Shown: in pieces, positions 27,521-36,023 of the stretch
How the letters are laid out: every line of letters begins with the position of its first letter
Position numbering within the stretch: position 1 is the stretch's first letter
Assembly: GCA_023898465.1 (NCBI GenBank)
Contig: CP060223.1
Coordinates: forward strand, 96,001-160,000
Direction of reading: 5' to 3'
DNA length: 64,000 nt
Source of the DNA: Candidatus Nomurabacteria bacterium
GTDB lineage: Bacteria; Patescibacteriota; Patescibacteriia; HK-STAS-PATE-3
Notes under the pieces: generated by a model
Seen by the model: only the letters and a program-made list of their open reading frames with translations
What the model was told of the DNA's origin: nothing
The model's database searches: none
Made by a program: the position numbers and the translations under genes

Positions 27521-27525
27521 AATTA

Positions 27526-28725
27526 TTATTCGCATTCCGGATCGTCGTAGCGATGTACGATTCCATGAATAACTTGTCCCAGCATGAGTAGGCTAAGTGC
27601 GAGAAGGAAGAAAGTGGCACCAAGTCGTGGAGCAAAAGTTCCTACGAGGATAATAAGCAGTGCGCCACCAAAGCGAATGCCGCGATCGCTTTTTTTATGC
27701 TCAACATCGTGTTGGTCAGGCACCAGAGTCAGCTCTAGTAAGCCATTAAAGAGGAGAGTAATAGCTGCTCCGCCACAGAGGAGCCATATGATTTCGCTGC
27801 GCAGGAGATTAGCCCCATTTGCAATGATGGCTAACATGGCAGCTCCAATTGCGCCAGTGCCGATATGCAAGGGCAAATGTCCATAGCCCCAAGCTGCCTT
27901 AACCCATTCGTTCTGTCTCACTCGGCGTACCGGTATGGTATTGAAGTAGAGCCACCATAATCCAAATGCGAGTAACATTCCTAGACCGCCAATGAGGAGA
28001 GAGTGAGTAGTCATAACAGGAAGGTCAGCAATTTTTTCTGCTGTTGCGATAATGGTCTCACCTAGGACAATAATCACTAATAAACCAAAACGTTCAGGTA
28101 GATGAGAGTTGCTGAAGCGTGGAAGCTTGCTTTGCTCTCCAAAGGTAAGCGCTGGAGTAAACAGGTCGATAGCGAGTCCAAGTCCTCGTAATATAAGTTG
28201 GAGTGGGGCTGGGACAAAGAGTGAAATGGTCCACAGGATAACTGAGGTGCTGAAGCCAATGGAATAGATACCGGTAGTTTTTCGGATTTCTGGATTATGA
28301 TATCCGCCCCGTATCCAAAGGAAGATGAGTACAAGTCGGGCAAGAATATATGAGACCCCGAAGCCAAATGCGGTACTATCGAGTCCATCGCGTGCAAATA
28401 TTGCCAATCCAGCGATCGGCAGCATCATCAGGAAGGTCAGGAGCTTGTGACTCACATCGTCTGTCTCAAAGCGATCGTTGTAGAGCGTGTGTCCAATCCA
28501 AACCCACCAGATTGGGATAAAGAGTAAAACAAAGCGAAGTACGCCGCTCCAGTCTGGCTGGTCAGCGAGAGCATGGATAAGCTCTCTGATTGCCGCAACA
28601 AAAACAAGGTCAAAAAATAGCTCTAATCACGTTGCTCGACGCTCTTGATTTTCATCTTCATCACGCCGTAAAACCGGATGTTGCCACCAGTGTTTGTGAG
28701 GATTCCATTCGTGTCCCGTATGCAT
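27526..28725 (-). pseudogene. LtrA-like (low temperature requirement A family) membrane protein with in-frame TGA at codon 33
   Basis: From ATG 28725 the frame reads MHTGHEWNPHKHWWQHPVLRRDEDENQERRAT-TGA(28627-28629)-LELFFDLVFVAAIRELI... and continues in the same frame into ORF 27526..28455. ELFFDLVFV is the LtrA N-terminal signature. A promoter-like ATGACA-17-TACAAT lies just upstream. Confidence 0.6.
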
Positions 28726-28807
28726 TGCGCGCCGATTGTAGCACATATTTTTAAGCTTGTCATGGCTGGCCTGAGCGATAAAAATGTGTTAAAGTTGTGA
28801 TGAAAAT

Positions 28808-29194
28808 ATGCCACGAGTCATTCATTTTGAAATTCATGCCAGTGATCCAGAACGAGCTGCGCAGTTTTATGCACGCGTTTTTGATTGGGATATACAGAAG
28901 TGGGATGGTCCAGAAGAGTACTGGCTAGTAAACACCGGTGCAGATACGCAAGCCGGTATCAATGGCGCAATTTTTAGGCGTCAGGGTGAATTAAGCCAGC
29001 ATGATGCGGTGATCGCCTTTGTGTGTACTATTGATGTGCCGAATGTTGATGCGTATATAGAGAAAGTGAAGCAACATGGTGGACATGTCGAATTGCAAAA
29101 AATGGCCGTGCCCGGAGTGGGCTGGATGGCATATTGCAAAGACACCGAAGGAAATATTTTTGGGATGATGCAAGCTGACCCGGAGGCAGTTTAA
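28808..29194 (+). CDS. VOC (glyoxalase/bleomycin-resistance) family protein
   Basis: MPRVIHFEIHASDPERAAQFYARVFDW... gives 128 aa with a typical VOC fold pattern. Confidence 0.7.
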   Translation: MPRVIHFEIHASDPERAAQFYARVFDWDIQKWDGPEEYWLVNTGADTQAGINGAIFRRQGELSQHDAVIAFVCTIDVPNVDAYIEKVKQHGGHVELQKMAVPGVGWMAYCKDTEGNIFGMMQADPEAV

Positions 29195-29195
29195 G

Positions 29196-29659
29196 ATGCA
29201 ACACGAACTACTCGATATTATCAATGAAGAGGACGAGGTAATAGGCCAAGCAACTCGGCAAGAGTTGTATGATAAGGGCCTTACTTGTCGCATCGTGCAT
29301 GTGTTTGTGCAAAATAGCCAAGGCCAGTTTGCCATTCAGAAACGCAGTGAAGTGGTGAGCTTTCTCCCGGGCCACTGGAGCTCCTCGGCCAGTGGACATG
29401 TCAAAAAAGGCGAGTCATATGACGAAGCGGCTGCACGTGAACTGCAAGAAGAGTTAGGCATTGAAGCACCTTTAGAAAATGCCTTAACAACTTGGTACAC
29501 CGTGCCAGACCGAAATATCCGCCGTCGTATTGGCGTTTACCTTGCTAAGCACGAGGGACCTTTTGAGCTTGAGGCAATTGAAGTGGCTGAAGTTGTTTGG
29601 CATGAGCCTGAAGAAGTCTTAGCAATGGCCAAGAAAGGCGAGCCATTCCAACCGGAATT
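29196..29659 (+). repeat. Direct repeat, copy 1 (464 nt) of the Nudix gene
   Basis: It aligns with 30597-31061. It starts at the ATG and ends at ...GAGCCATTCCAACC(G/A)GAATT. Confidence 0.9.
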
Positions 29660-29774
29660 GGCAATTAGGAAATCATATTCACCCTATCGAAAGAGTATCT
29701 GGTCATTACATTGCTTTATTGCTCGTAATTGTCAGAAGGCAGGCGAACCACAATTGGACGGGGGAGAAAAATAG
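29196..29774 (+). CDS. Nudix hydrolase (copy 1, intact Nudix box, C-terminus replaced by insert-derived sequence)
   Basis: The Nudix box GHVKKGESYDEAAARELQEELGI fits GX5EX7REUXEEXGU. Homology with copy 2 ends at 29659, and the last ~38 codons read into the AT-rich insert. Confidence 0.75.
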   Translation: MQHELLDIINEEDEVIGQATRQELYDKGLTCRIVHVFVQNSQGQFAIQKRSEVVSFLPGHWSSSASGHVKKGESYDEAAARELQEELGIEAPLENALTTWYTVPDRNIRRRIGVYLAKHEGPFELEAIEVAEVVWHEPEEVLAMAKKGEPFQPELAIRKSYSPYRKSIWSLHCFIARNCQKAGEPQLDGGEK

Positions 29775-30596
29775 AAGACCAGCTTATTACTTTTGAAGAC
29801 TTCTCGCGTGTAATGATTATGTTTACTGAGCGCGAGACTTGTTCCAGGTTTTACCAGATGCGACTGGATCCACAGAAGAAGAAAGAATTCTATAAGATTC
29901 TTTTAATACCTAAAATGGAAGAATCCGGAAATATTAAAATATTCGGCATGGATTGGCTGAAATTTGCACGATCTTTTAATTTTCACTTGCAGGGGCTGGG
30001 TGTGATGTTATTTTACAATCAAAAACTCATAAAGATAAACGATTGAATATTGATTTTTATCTCCATCAATTCTTTTTAACATTAAACATTCATTAGAGTT
30101 GTTTGTAAAAATGACAATGGAGATATTAGATCAAAAAGTTAAAAGACAACACAATACATTAAGCAATTTAATAATAGTCGAAGGTGTTATAAGGAAGTTG
30201 GATAATATCGTTTGTAGATATTTGGCTTCAAAGCAGACTAAGTAAATCAAAAGGTAAGTATGATACGTATTATCTAGACACATGGAGGAACGGATGGAGG
30301 GAAATTCGAGTGATGGTGGAGTACTACAGCAATTTAAACTTTTGAAAGATCGTGGACTTTCTCAAAAATTATTAAAAGATACTGAGAACACCTTATTTCG
30401 ATATCCTGATTCCAGCATGATAAAGAAGTTGAAGTATAATGAGGTTTTTGCAAAAATTAATATTCTTGACGTTAAAAACTTTAAGAAAGACGTTAATAAT
30501 TCCGGAACACTATTTACAGATCTTTTTCTCATACTTTTATTTTTTCGATACGAGATAGTCGAAGGTGTTGATTAGAGAGTTATTATATAAATATGT
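29660..30596. other. AT-rich 937-bp segment inserted between the Nudix repeats
   Basis: The composition drops abruptly to strongly AT-rich. The segment is bounded exactly by the two repeat copies. No terminal inverted repeats or recombinase gene were seen. Confidence 0.6.
30282..30575 (+). CDS. Hypothetical 97-aa ORF inside the AT-rich insert
   Basis: An uninterrupted ORF in very AT-rich DNA is unusual in itself. GGAGGA precedes the second in-frame ATG (30294). I recognise no family. Confidence 0.3.
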   Translation: MEERMEGNSSDGGVLQQFKLLKDRGLSQKLLKDTENTLFRYPDSSMIKKLKYNEVFAKINILDVKNFKKDVNNSGTLFTDLFLILLFFRYEIVEGVD

Positions 30597-31110
30597 ATGC
30601 AACATGAACTACTCGATATTATCAACGAAAGGACGAAATGTCAGGCCAAACAACTCGGCAAGAGTTGTATGATAAGGAGCCTTACTTGTCGTATCGTGCA
30701 TGTGTTTGTGCAAAATAGCCAAGGCCAGTTTGCCATTCAGAAACGCAGTGAAGTGGTGAGAGCTTTCTCCCGGGCCACTGGAGCTCCTCGGCCAGTGGAC
30801 AGTCAAAAAGGCGAGTCATATGACGATGCGGCTGCACGTGGAGTGCAAGAAAGAGCTAGGCATTGAAGCACCTTTAGAAAATGCCTTAACAACTTGGTAC
30901 ACCGTGCCAGATCGAGATATTCGTCGTCGTATTGGTGTTTATCTTGCCAAGCACGAGGGACCATTTGAGCTTGAGGCAATTGAAGTGGCCGAAGTTGTTT
31001 GGCATAAGCCCGAAGAAGTCTTAGCAATGGCTAAGAAAGGTGAGCCATTCCAACCAGAATTTCTCGACATGTTTAAGCTTGTTATTGAGAGGGACACCAA
31101 TGAAAATTAA
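30597..31110 (+). pseudogene. Nudix hydrolase copy 2, frameshifted 5' half with native 3' end
   Basis: It is the same gene as 29196. It carries several indels relative to copy 1 (for example aagggcctt versus aaggagcctt, and ggacatgtcaaaaaagg versus ggacagtcaaaaagg) that destroy the Nudix box. From ELGIEAP onward the frame is intact through the native end ...FLDMFKLVIERDTNEN. Confidence 0.8.
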
Positions 31111-31750
31111 AAAGTATCTTCATTCCTGTCTCCTCATTGAAGAAAATGGAAAGCGCTTGTTGATTGATCCGGGCAAGTTTTCTTTTGGAGATGAGGGGAT
31201 AAAAGCTGAAGAAGTAGGTGCAGTGGATGCAATACTAATCACGCACGAACATCAGGATCATTACTTTCCCGAAGCACTACGCGCTTTTAAAAACCTAGGC
31301 GATTGCGAGATTATCACCCATGCAGCAATTGGTAAGCTGCTTGATGAGGAAGGAATCGCTCATACACTTCTACAGGATGGTGAAGAAAGGGAGGTGGTTG
31401 GTTTTCATGTAAAGGGCTTTGCACGAAGTCACGGTCCTCTACCTTTACCTGTGCCAGACAACTTTGCATATCTTATTAATAGTAGATTATTGCATCCAGG
31501 TGATTCCTATGAGGCAAGTGATATTAGCTGCGAAGTGCTCGCCTTACCAGTCGTCGCGCCCTGGGCCAAGCTGACCGAAACAGTGGAATATGCAAAAGCG
31601 GTTGGCGCAAAAACAGTTATTCCAATTCACGACGCCTTTCTCAAAGACTTTATGCGTCACGGCGTGTACTACAATGTAGCAAAGATGAAGCTTGAGGAGC
31701 AGCATATTGCTTTTCAGGTTTTAGAAAGCGGCGACGAATTCGAGATCTAA
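31100..31750 (+). CDS. MBL-fold metallo-hydrolase
   Basis: I moved the start to ATG 31100 (MKIKKYLHSCLLIE). ITHEHQDH is the HxHxDH motif. Confidence 0.75.
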   Translation: MKIKKYLHSCLLIEENGKRLLIDPGKFSFGDEGIKAEEVGAVDAILITHEHQDHYFPEALRAFKNLGDCEIITHAAIGKLLDEEGIAHTLLQDGEEREVVGFHVKGFARSHGPLPLPVPDNFAYLINSRLLHPGDSYEASDISCEVLALPVVAPWAKLTETVEYAKAVGAKTVIPIHDAFLKDFMRHGVYYNVAKMKLEEQHIAFQVLESGDEFEI

Positions 31751-32042
31751 AATGAGTTAAAAAGACGGCAGTTGAGACAAGCCCAACTGCCGCGTGGACG
31801 CCTTCTCTGTGTTTCAGAGATGGTGTGGACCTGTTTGGTCCAACTCGACTGTAGTACAGTTGAGGGGATTTGTATAGCGGCATTTTTATTAGAAAAAGTC
31901 CCATACCACACTGGAATGTAAGGTATCTTTTTAAGCGGGACAGGAAACGCTGACATTTTTGCTTGACGACTTCCTTCTTAAGGAGTATGTAAAGAAGGCT
32001 AGTTTTTTGTTCTTTGCATTTCAGAGTAACAGGAGGTTGGGG

Positions 32043-32369
32043 ATGCATATATGTGGGGTACGTCCGGCAGCTCAAGTTGTGAGAGAGGCTCCTGGAGCAC
32101 GAGTGCCTGTTGGTCGGAGCGTTTACTACTATTCTCAGCTGAAAGTAGCGGCGCTTTCCTTGGATCCAGGTGCTATGGTCAAGGTTGGTGATGTGATCGA
32201 ATTCGAGGCGAGCAGGAGACGAAGGTTGTGTATTGTGGTTGGAGAAATGGAGGTCAACGGAAGACGTGTCGAGGAAGTTTCAGGCCCTTGCGAGGTCGGT
32301 GTCCAGGTCGGAAGGTGGATTCGCTGGGGTCAGCATCCGATTTACCGTATCGATGCTCCCTCCGCATGA
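32043..32369 (+). CDS. Small GC-rich ORF, EF-Tu-domain-2-like beta-barrel pattern (108 aa)
   Basis: ATG 32043 is preceded by AGGAGG (32031-32036). KVGDVIEFE...IVVGEMEVNGRRVEEVSGPCEVGVQV resembles translation-factor domain 2 barrels (unverified). A terminator-like hairpin plus T-run follows at about 32380-32410. Confidence 0.4.
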   Translation: MHICGVRPAAQVVREAPGARVPVGRSVYYYSQLKVAALSLDPGAMVKVGDVIEFEASRRRRLCIVVGEMEVNGRRVEEVSGPCEVGVQVGRWIRWGQHPIYRIDAPSA

Positions 32370-32446
32370 AGCGCGTACGAGCCGTCAGCATTTTGTTGGC
32401 GGCTTTTTCATTGACTAAGCTTAGGGAAAACTGCTAGCGTGCACAT

Positions 32447-34192
32447 ATGGAAATTTTCTTTCGTGCCCTCAAACAATACAAAAAGATTGCTATTAGCGCG
32501 CTTGTGCTTGCAGCTATTAATCAGGTTTTTTCCTTACTTGATCCCCAGATATTCAGAATCCTAGTTGATCGCTATGCCAGTCGACCAGAGGAATATAGTT
32601 CACCTGACTTTTTCCGAGGAGCTTTCCTGTGGGCGCTCGGCATTATCGGCGTTGCGTTTATTTCTCTAGTCGCGAGAAGCTTCCAGGATTATTACGTCAA
32701 TGTTATTAGTCAGAGAGTAAGTACCAATCTTTACGCACAGAGTGTAGGATATGCCTTTGCATTGCCTTTTGCCGTGTTTGAGGACCAGCGTTCCGGTGAG
32801 CTGCTTCAAAAGATGCAGAAGGCAAAGACCGACATTGAAAAGGTGATTCGTAGTTTTGTAAATGTGGTTTTCTTGTCAGTCATCGGAATGCTCTTTGTAC
32901 TTGTCTATGCCTTTTTTGTGCATTGGCTGGTTGGTTTGGTCTATACGCTCATTATTCCGACGATTGCTTTCTCTGTGTTAACGCTTAGTCGTCGTATTAA
33001 GAAGGCGCAGTCAGCTATTGTGACAGAGACCGCCGCATTATCTGGGTCCACCACGGAAACATTGCGCAATGTTGAGTTAGTAAAGAGCTTGGGATTGGAA
33101 GAGCAAGAAGTGAGTCGATTGAATCAAGTGAATGATCGCATTCTTGATTTGGAGCTTAAAAAAGTGCGCCTCGTCCGAGCGCTGAGTTTTGTGCAAGGCA
33201 CTTTATTGAATGCTTTACGATCCGGACTCATCCTGCTTATGCTTTGGCTTATCTACCAAGGCAACATTTCCATTGGCGAATTTCTAAGTTTATTTATTTA
33301 TTCCTTCTTTGTATTTCAACCGTTGACTGAGCTTGGCACTGTTATAACTGATTTCCAAGAAGCTCGGGCCAGCAGTGAAAAGCTGCAGGAGATTCTAGCC
33401 ATGCCCGAGGCGCCTAAGCCCGAGCAGCCGGTTTCACTGAATGCGCTGCAGTCAATTATTTTTGACAATGTAGTATTTCAATATCAATCTAATAGCGTGA
33501 GTTCAGTCGAGCATATTCACGCGGAGGTTCACTCGGGTGAAACCATTGCTTTTGTCGGTCCGTCTGGCTCGGGTAAGACGACGCTCATGAAATTAGTCTT
33601 GGGTTTATACCAACCAAGCCAAGGACAACTTCGTTATAATGATATACCCGGATCGGCTATTCAGATTGATGAGCTGCGGAAGAAAATTGGTTTTGTCGGG
33701 CAGGAGACGCAACTTTTTGCCGGGACCATCCGTGAGAATTTGCAGTTTGTCCAGCCCGAGGCTGATGAGGTTACGTGTTTGGAGGCGCTTAAAAAAGCCG
33801 CGGCCATGAATATTATTGAGCGAGGCAAGCAAGGGCTAGACACAAAGATCGGCGAAGGTGGTTTGAAACTTTCCGGTGGCGAGCGTCAACGTCTAGCCAT
33901 TGCACGGGCACTGTTGCGTAATCCAGAGCTCCTCATTTTTGATGAAGCTACCAGCAGCCTTGATTCCCTGACTGAAAAAGAAATCACCCAGACTATCCAG
34001 GAGCTCGGAAAAGAAAATAATCAGCGCATGACTTTATTGATTGCGCATCGACTCTCAACAGTTGCTCACGCTGATCGCATTTATGTTTTAGAGAAGGGGA
34101 AGATTGTTGAGCAGGGTAAGCATGAGGAATTGGTCCAAGCTGGCGGATTGTATGCAGCGTTGTGGCGTCAGCAAAGCGGCGCGACTGAATAA
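32447..34192 (+). CDS. ABC transporter, fused permease/ATPase (exporter type)
   Basis: An N-terminal domain of six TM helices is followed by Walker A GPSGSGKTT, the signature LSGGERQR and Walker B LLIFDEATSSLD. Confidence 0.9.
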   Translation: MEIFFRALKQYKKIAISALVLAAINQVFSLLDPQIFRILVDRYASRPEEYSSPDFFRGAFLWALGIIGVAFISLVARSFQDYYVNVISQRVSTNLYAQSVGYAFALPFAVFEDQRSGELLQKMQKAKTDIEKVIRSFVNVVFLSVIGMLFVLVYAFFVHWLVGLVYTLIIPTIAFSVLTLSRRIKKAQSAIVTETAALSGSTTETLRNVELVKSLGLEEQEVSRLNQVNDRILDLELKKVRLVRALSFVQGTLLNALRSGLILLMLWLIYQGNISIGEFLSLFIYSFFVFQPLTELGTVITDFQEARASSEKLQEILAMPEAPKPEQPVSLNALQSIIFDNVVFQYQSNSVSSVEHIHAEVHSGETIAFVGPSGSGKTTLMKLVLGLYQPSQGQLRYNDIPGSAIQIDELRKKIGFVGQETQLFAGTIRENLQFVQPEADEVTCLEALKKAAAMNIIERGKQGLDTKIGEGGLKLSGGERQRLAIARALLRNPELLIFDEATSSLDSLTEKEITQTIQELGKENNQRMTLLIAHRLSTVAHADRIYVLEKGKIVEQGKHEELVQAGGLYAALWRQQSGATE

Positions 34193-34314
34193 GCTTGCCT
34201 CACTATAGGTATCTTGCTAGGCTCTAGATACCGTTCTTTCGTATTGAGTGATGATCAGCTCAGATTCTGGCTTTCTTCCCCGAGCCGTTCAGAGTCAGCT
34301 TATCATTACTCATA

Positions 34315-34387
34315 CCGCGCAGTCTCAACTTGCACCTCCTCATGCGGCTCCCGCCCATGTCGCAAGAACCAGACTGCGCGGTTTTTT
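34315..34387 (+). repeat. Terminator-like extended hairpin with CCGCGCAG/CTGCGCGG arms (copy 1)
   Basis: CCGCGCAGTCT (34315-34325) pairs perfectly with AGACTGCGCGG (34371-34381) and is followed by TTTTTT. The inner CTTGC/GCAAG pairing extends the rod. Confidence 0.5.
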
Positions 34388-34686
34388 CATACACCAAAGA
34401 AGAAGAGGCGGCTGAATCTAGGAGATCCAGCCGCCGAGAGAAGCTCGCACAGATCTGCGCGAGCGCCATTGTTCCCCGTACGTAGGGGAGTTAGGCGCTA
34501 TTGCAGAACCGACGAGCCAGTTTCGGGATCTTCATCGTGCGTCTCCTTGTGGATTGCATCGAGTCTTGTCCCTCGCTTTTGTTCAGAGAACGCAAGCGGT
34601 AGTGCCTAAGGTACACTGCATAAAAGTAGGTGTCAAGTGTGGGTGTGTTTCTTGACTACACCTCTTTTTTCAACTAGAGTAGCACA

Positions 34687-34855
34687 GCACATTAATCAAC
34701 GTGGGACTGCGTCATGGTGGAACGGGTGTTGAGTCCACTGCCGCCAGCTCAGCGCCTTGTTACGCAGTCCCACCCCTTTCCCGCCGCGCAGCTTGTTGTG
34801 AGTCTACCTACCGACACGCTCCTTAGACTCATGACACTGCGCGGCTTTTTCTTTT
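34687..34855 (+). ncRNA. Candidate structured small RNA or 5' leader
   Basis: The promoter is TTGACT (34652) - 17 nt - TAGAGT (34675-34680). A perfect 12-bp helix pairs GTGGGACTGCGT (34701-34712) with ACGCAGTCCCAC (34762-34773). A terminator hairpin follows: CCGCGCAG (34784-34791) ... TGAGTCTA/TAGACTCA ... CTGCGCGG (34837-34844) plus a T-run. I recognise no known RNA family. Confidence 0.4.
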
Positions 34856-34907
34856 CCACTTGAATTATTGCGTCGGAGTGCTATACCAAAAGAGTTAGGA
34901 AAACATT

Positions 34908-35975
34908 ATGCGCCAAGTACTACTTCTCCTCACTTTGATTTTATTATGTACAGGAGGATTGTATCTAGCGAATACTGCGCAAGCCCAGGAAAAGCCCGAG
35001 CTGTTGTTTTTTTACGGCCAAGGTTGTCCGCACTGCGCTGTAGTTGAGCAATATATTGAGGATGAAAATCTTGACGAGCGTTTTCGTATTATAGCGAAAG
35101 AGGTGTATGGAGACCCGGAAAATGCTCGCGACCTTACCCAGCAGTTTCAAGTTTTTCACGTGCCAGAGTCAAAGCAAGGAGTTCCCTTTATGGTGCTTGG
35201 GGCTAAATATTATGTTGGGGACGTGTATATTATTGAGGCAATAGAAAACTATGCGGATTCGGAAATTATTCATACCGAAGCGCCGAATGTTGCTGAAGAG
35301 CAAGGAGACGATCAGCTTCATTTTTTTCCGGTAGTTGGCGCCGCCTTGGTTGATGCTATCAATCCATGCGCTTTTGCTGTTCTGATTATTCTTATGGCTA
35401 CAGTGATTGCCTCGCAAGACAGGCGACGAGCCTTGCTGGCTGGCTTAAGTTTTTCTTTCGCTATATTCCTTTCATATTTGGCAATGGGCTTTGGTCTGTA
35501 TTCAGCAATTGCCGCAGCCAGTGCGACGACTTGGGTCACAAAGCTGGCCGCCGGGATGGCAATCTTGCTCGGGTTATTCAATCTCAAAGATGCGCTTTGG
35601 TATGGAAAAGGTGTGTTGATGGAAGTGCCAATGTCATGGCGACCTCGGATGAAAAAATTAATTCGCTCAGTCACGCATCCGCTGAGCGCCTTTGGAGCAG
35701 GCATTTTGGTAAGCTTATTTCTCTTACCCTGCACCTCTGGTCCCTACATTGTTATTATTGGTATGTTGAGCTCTACGGAATCAATAAACGCGGCAGTCCT
35801 TTGGTTGATACTCTACAATGTTATTTTTATCTTACCGATGTTGGGATTAACCTTAGCAGTATATTTCGGATTACAACCGAGTCGGCTTGAAGAAATACGG
35901 CAAAGTCGCCTGCGCCTACTTCATGCCATTGCCGGAATCATTTTACTAAGCTTAGGTTTGTATTTGTTGTTGTAG
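34908..35975 (+). CDS. Thioredoxin-like domain fused to CcdA/DsbD-type thiol-disulfide transporter
   Basis: A signal/TM segment is followed by FFYGQGCPHCAVV (CPHC). The polytopic domain carries DAINPCAFAVLI and LLPCTSGPY, the conserved Cys motifs of the CcdA/DsbD family. Confidence 0.75.
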   Translation: MRQVLLLLTLILLCTGGLYLANTAQAQEKPELLFFYGQGCPHCAVVEQYIEDENLDERFRIIAKEVYGDPENARDLTQQFQVFHVPESKQGVPFMVLGAKYYVGDVYIIEAIENYADSEIIHTEAPNVAEEQGDDQLHFFPVVGAALVDAINPCAFAVLIILMATVIASQDRRRALLAGLSFSFAIFLSYLAMGFGLYSAIAAASATTWVTKLAAGMAILLGLFNLKDALWYGKGVLMEVPMSWRPRMKKLIRSVTHPLSAFGAGILVSLFLLPCTSGPYIVIIGMLSSTESINAAVLWLILYNVIFILPMLGLTLAVYFGLQPSRLEEIRQSRLRLLHAIAGIILLSLGLYLLL

Positions 35976-36023
35976 ATAAACCAAAACCGACCTGAGCGGC
36001 CGGCTTTAGTTTTGACGCGAGAC

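Noticed and set aside
28627-28629. Genome-wide UGA reassignment (code 4 or 25) as the explanation for the in-frame TGA in the LtrA-like gene.
   Set aside because: leuS (54196-54198), tsaC (55997-55999), rsmA (56821-56823) and several island genes terminate at TGA at the expected protein ends. No other conserved gene here contains an internal TGA.
31747-32075. Minus-strand ORFs 31747..31956 and 31650..32075 in the spacer after the MBL gene.
   Set aside because: They overlap the end of the MBL gene and the RBS and start of the plus-strand GC-rich ORF. They have no RBS, and the peptide composition is implausible.
34214-34609. A 131-aa ORF in the GC-rich spacer.
   Set aside because: The translation is Ser/Arg/Cys-rich and of low complexity. 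There is no RBS. The ORF is riddled with strong hairpins and contains an internal terminator-like element, so I treat it as non-coding.
34193-34907. Whether the structured spacer is RNase P RNA, tmRNA, SRP (4.5S) RNA or 6S RNA.
   Set aside because: I could not find the hallmark motifs on either strand. These are GGAAAGTCC with ACAGAA..CGGCTTA for RNase P; a tRNA-like GGTTCGA...CCA end and tag ORF for tmRNA; and GGAAGGAAGCAGCC-type helix 8 for SRP. A covariance-model scan is still needed.
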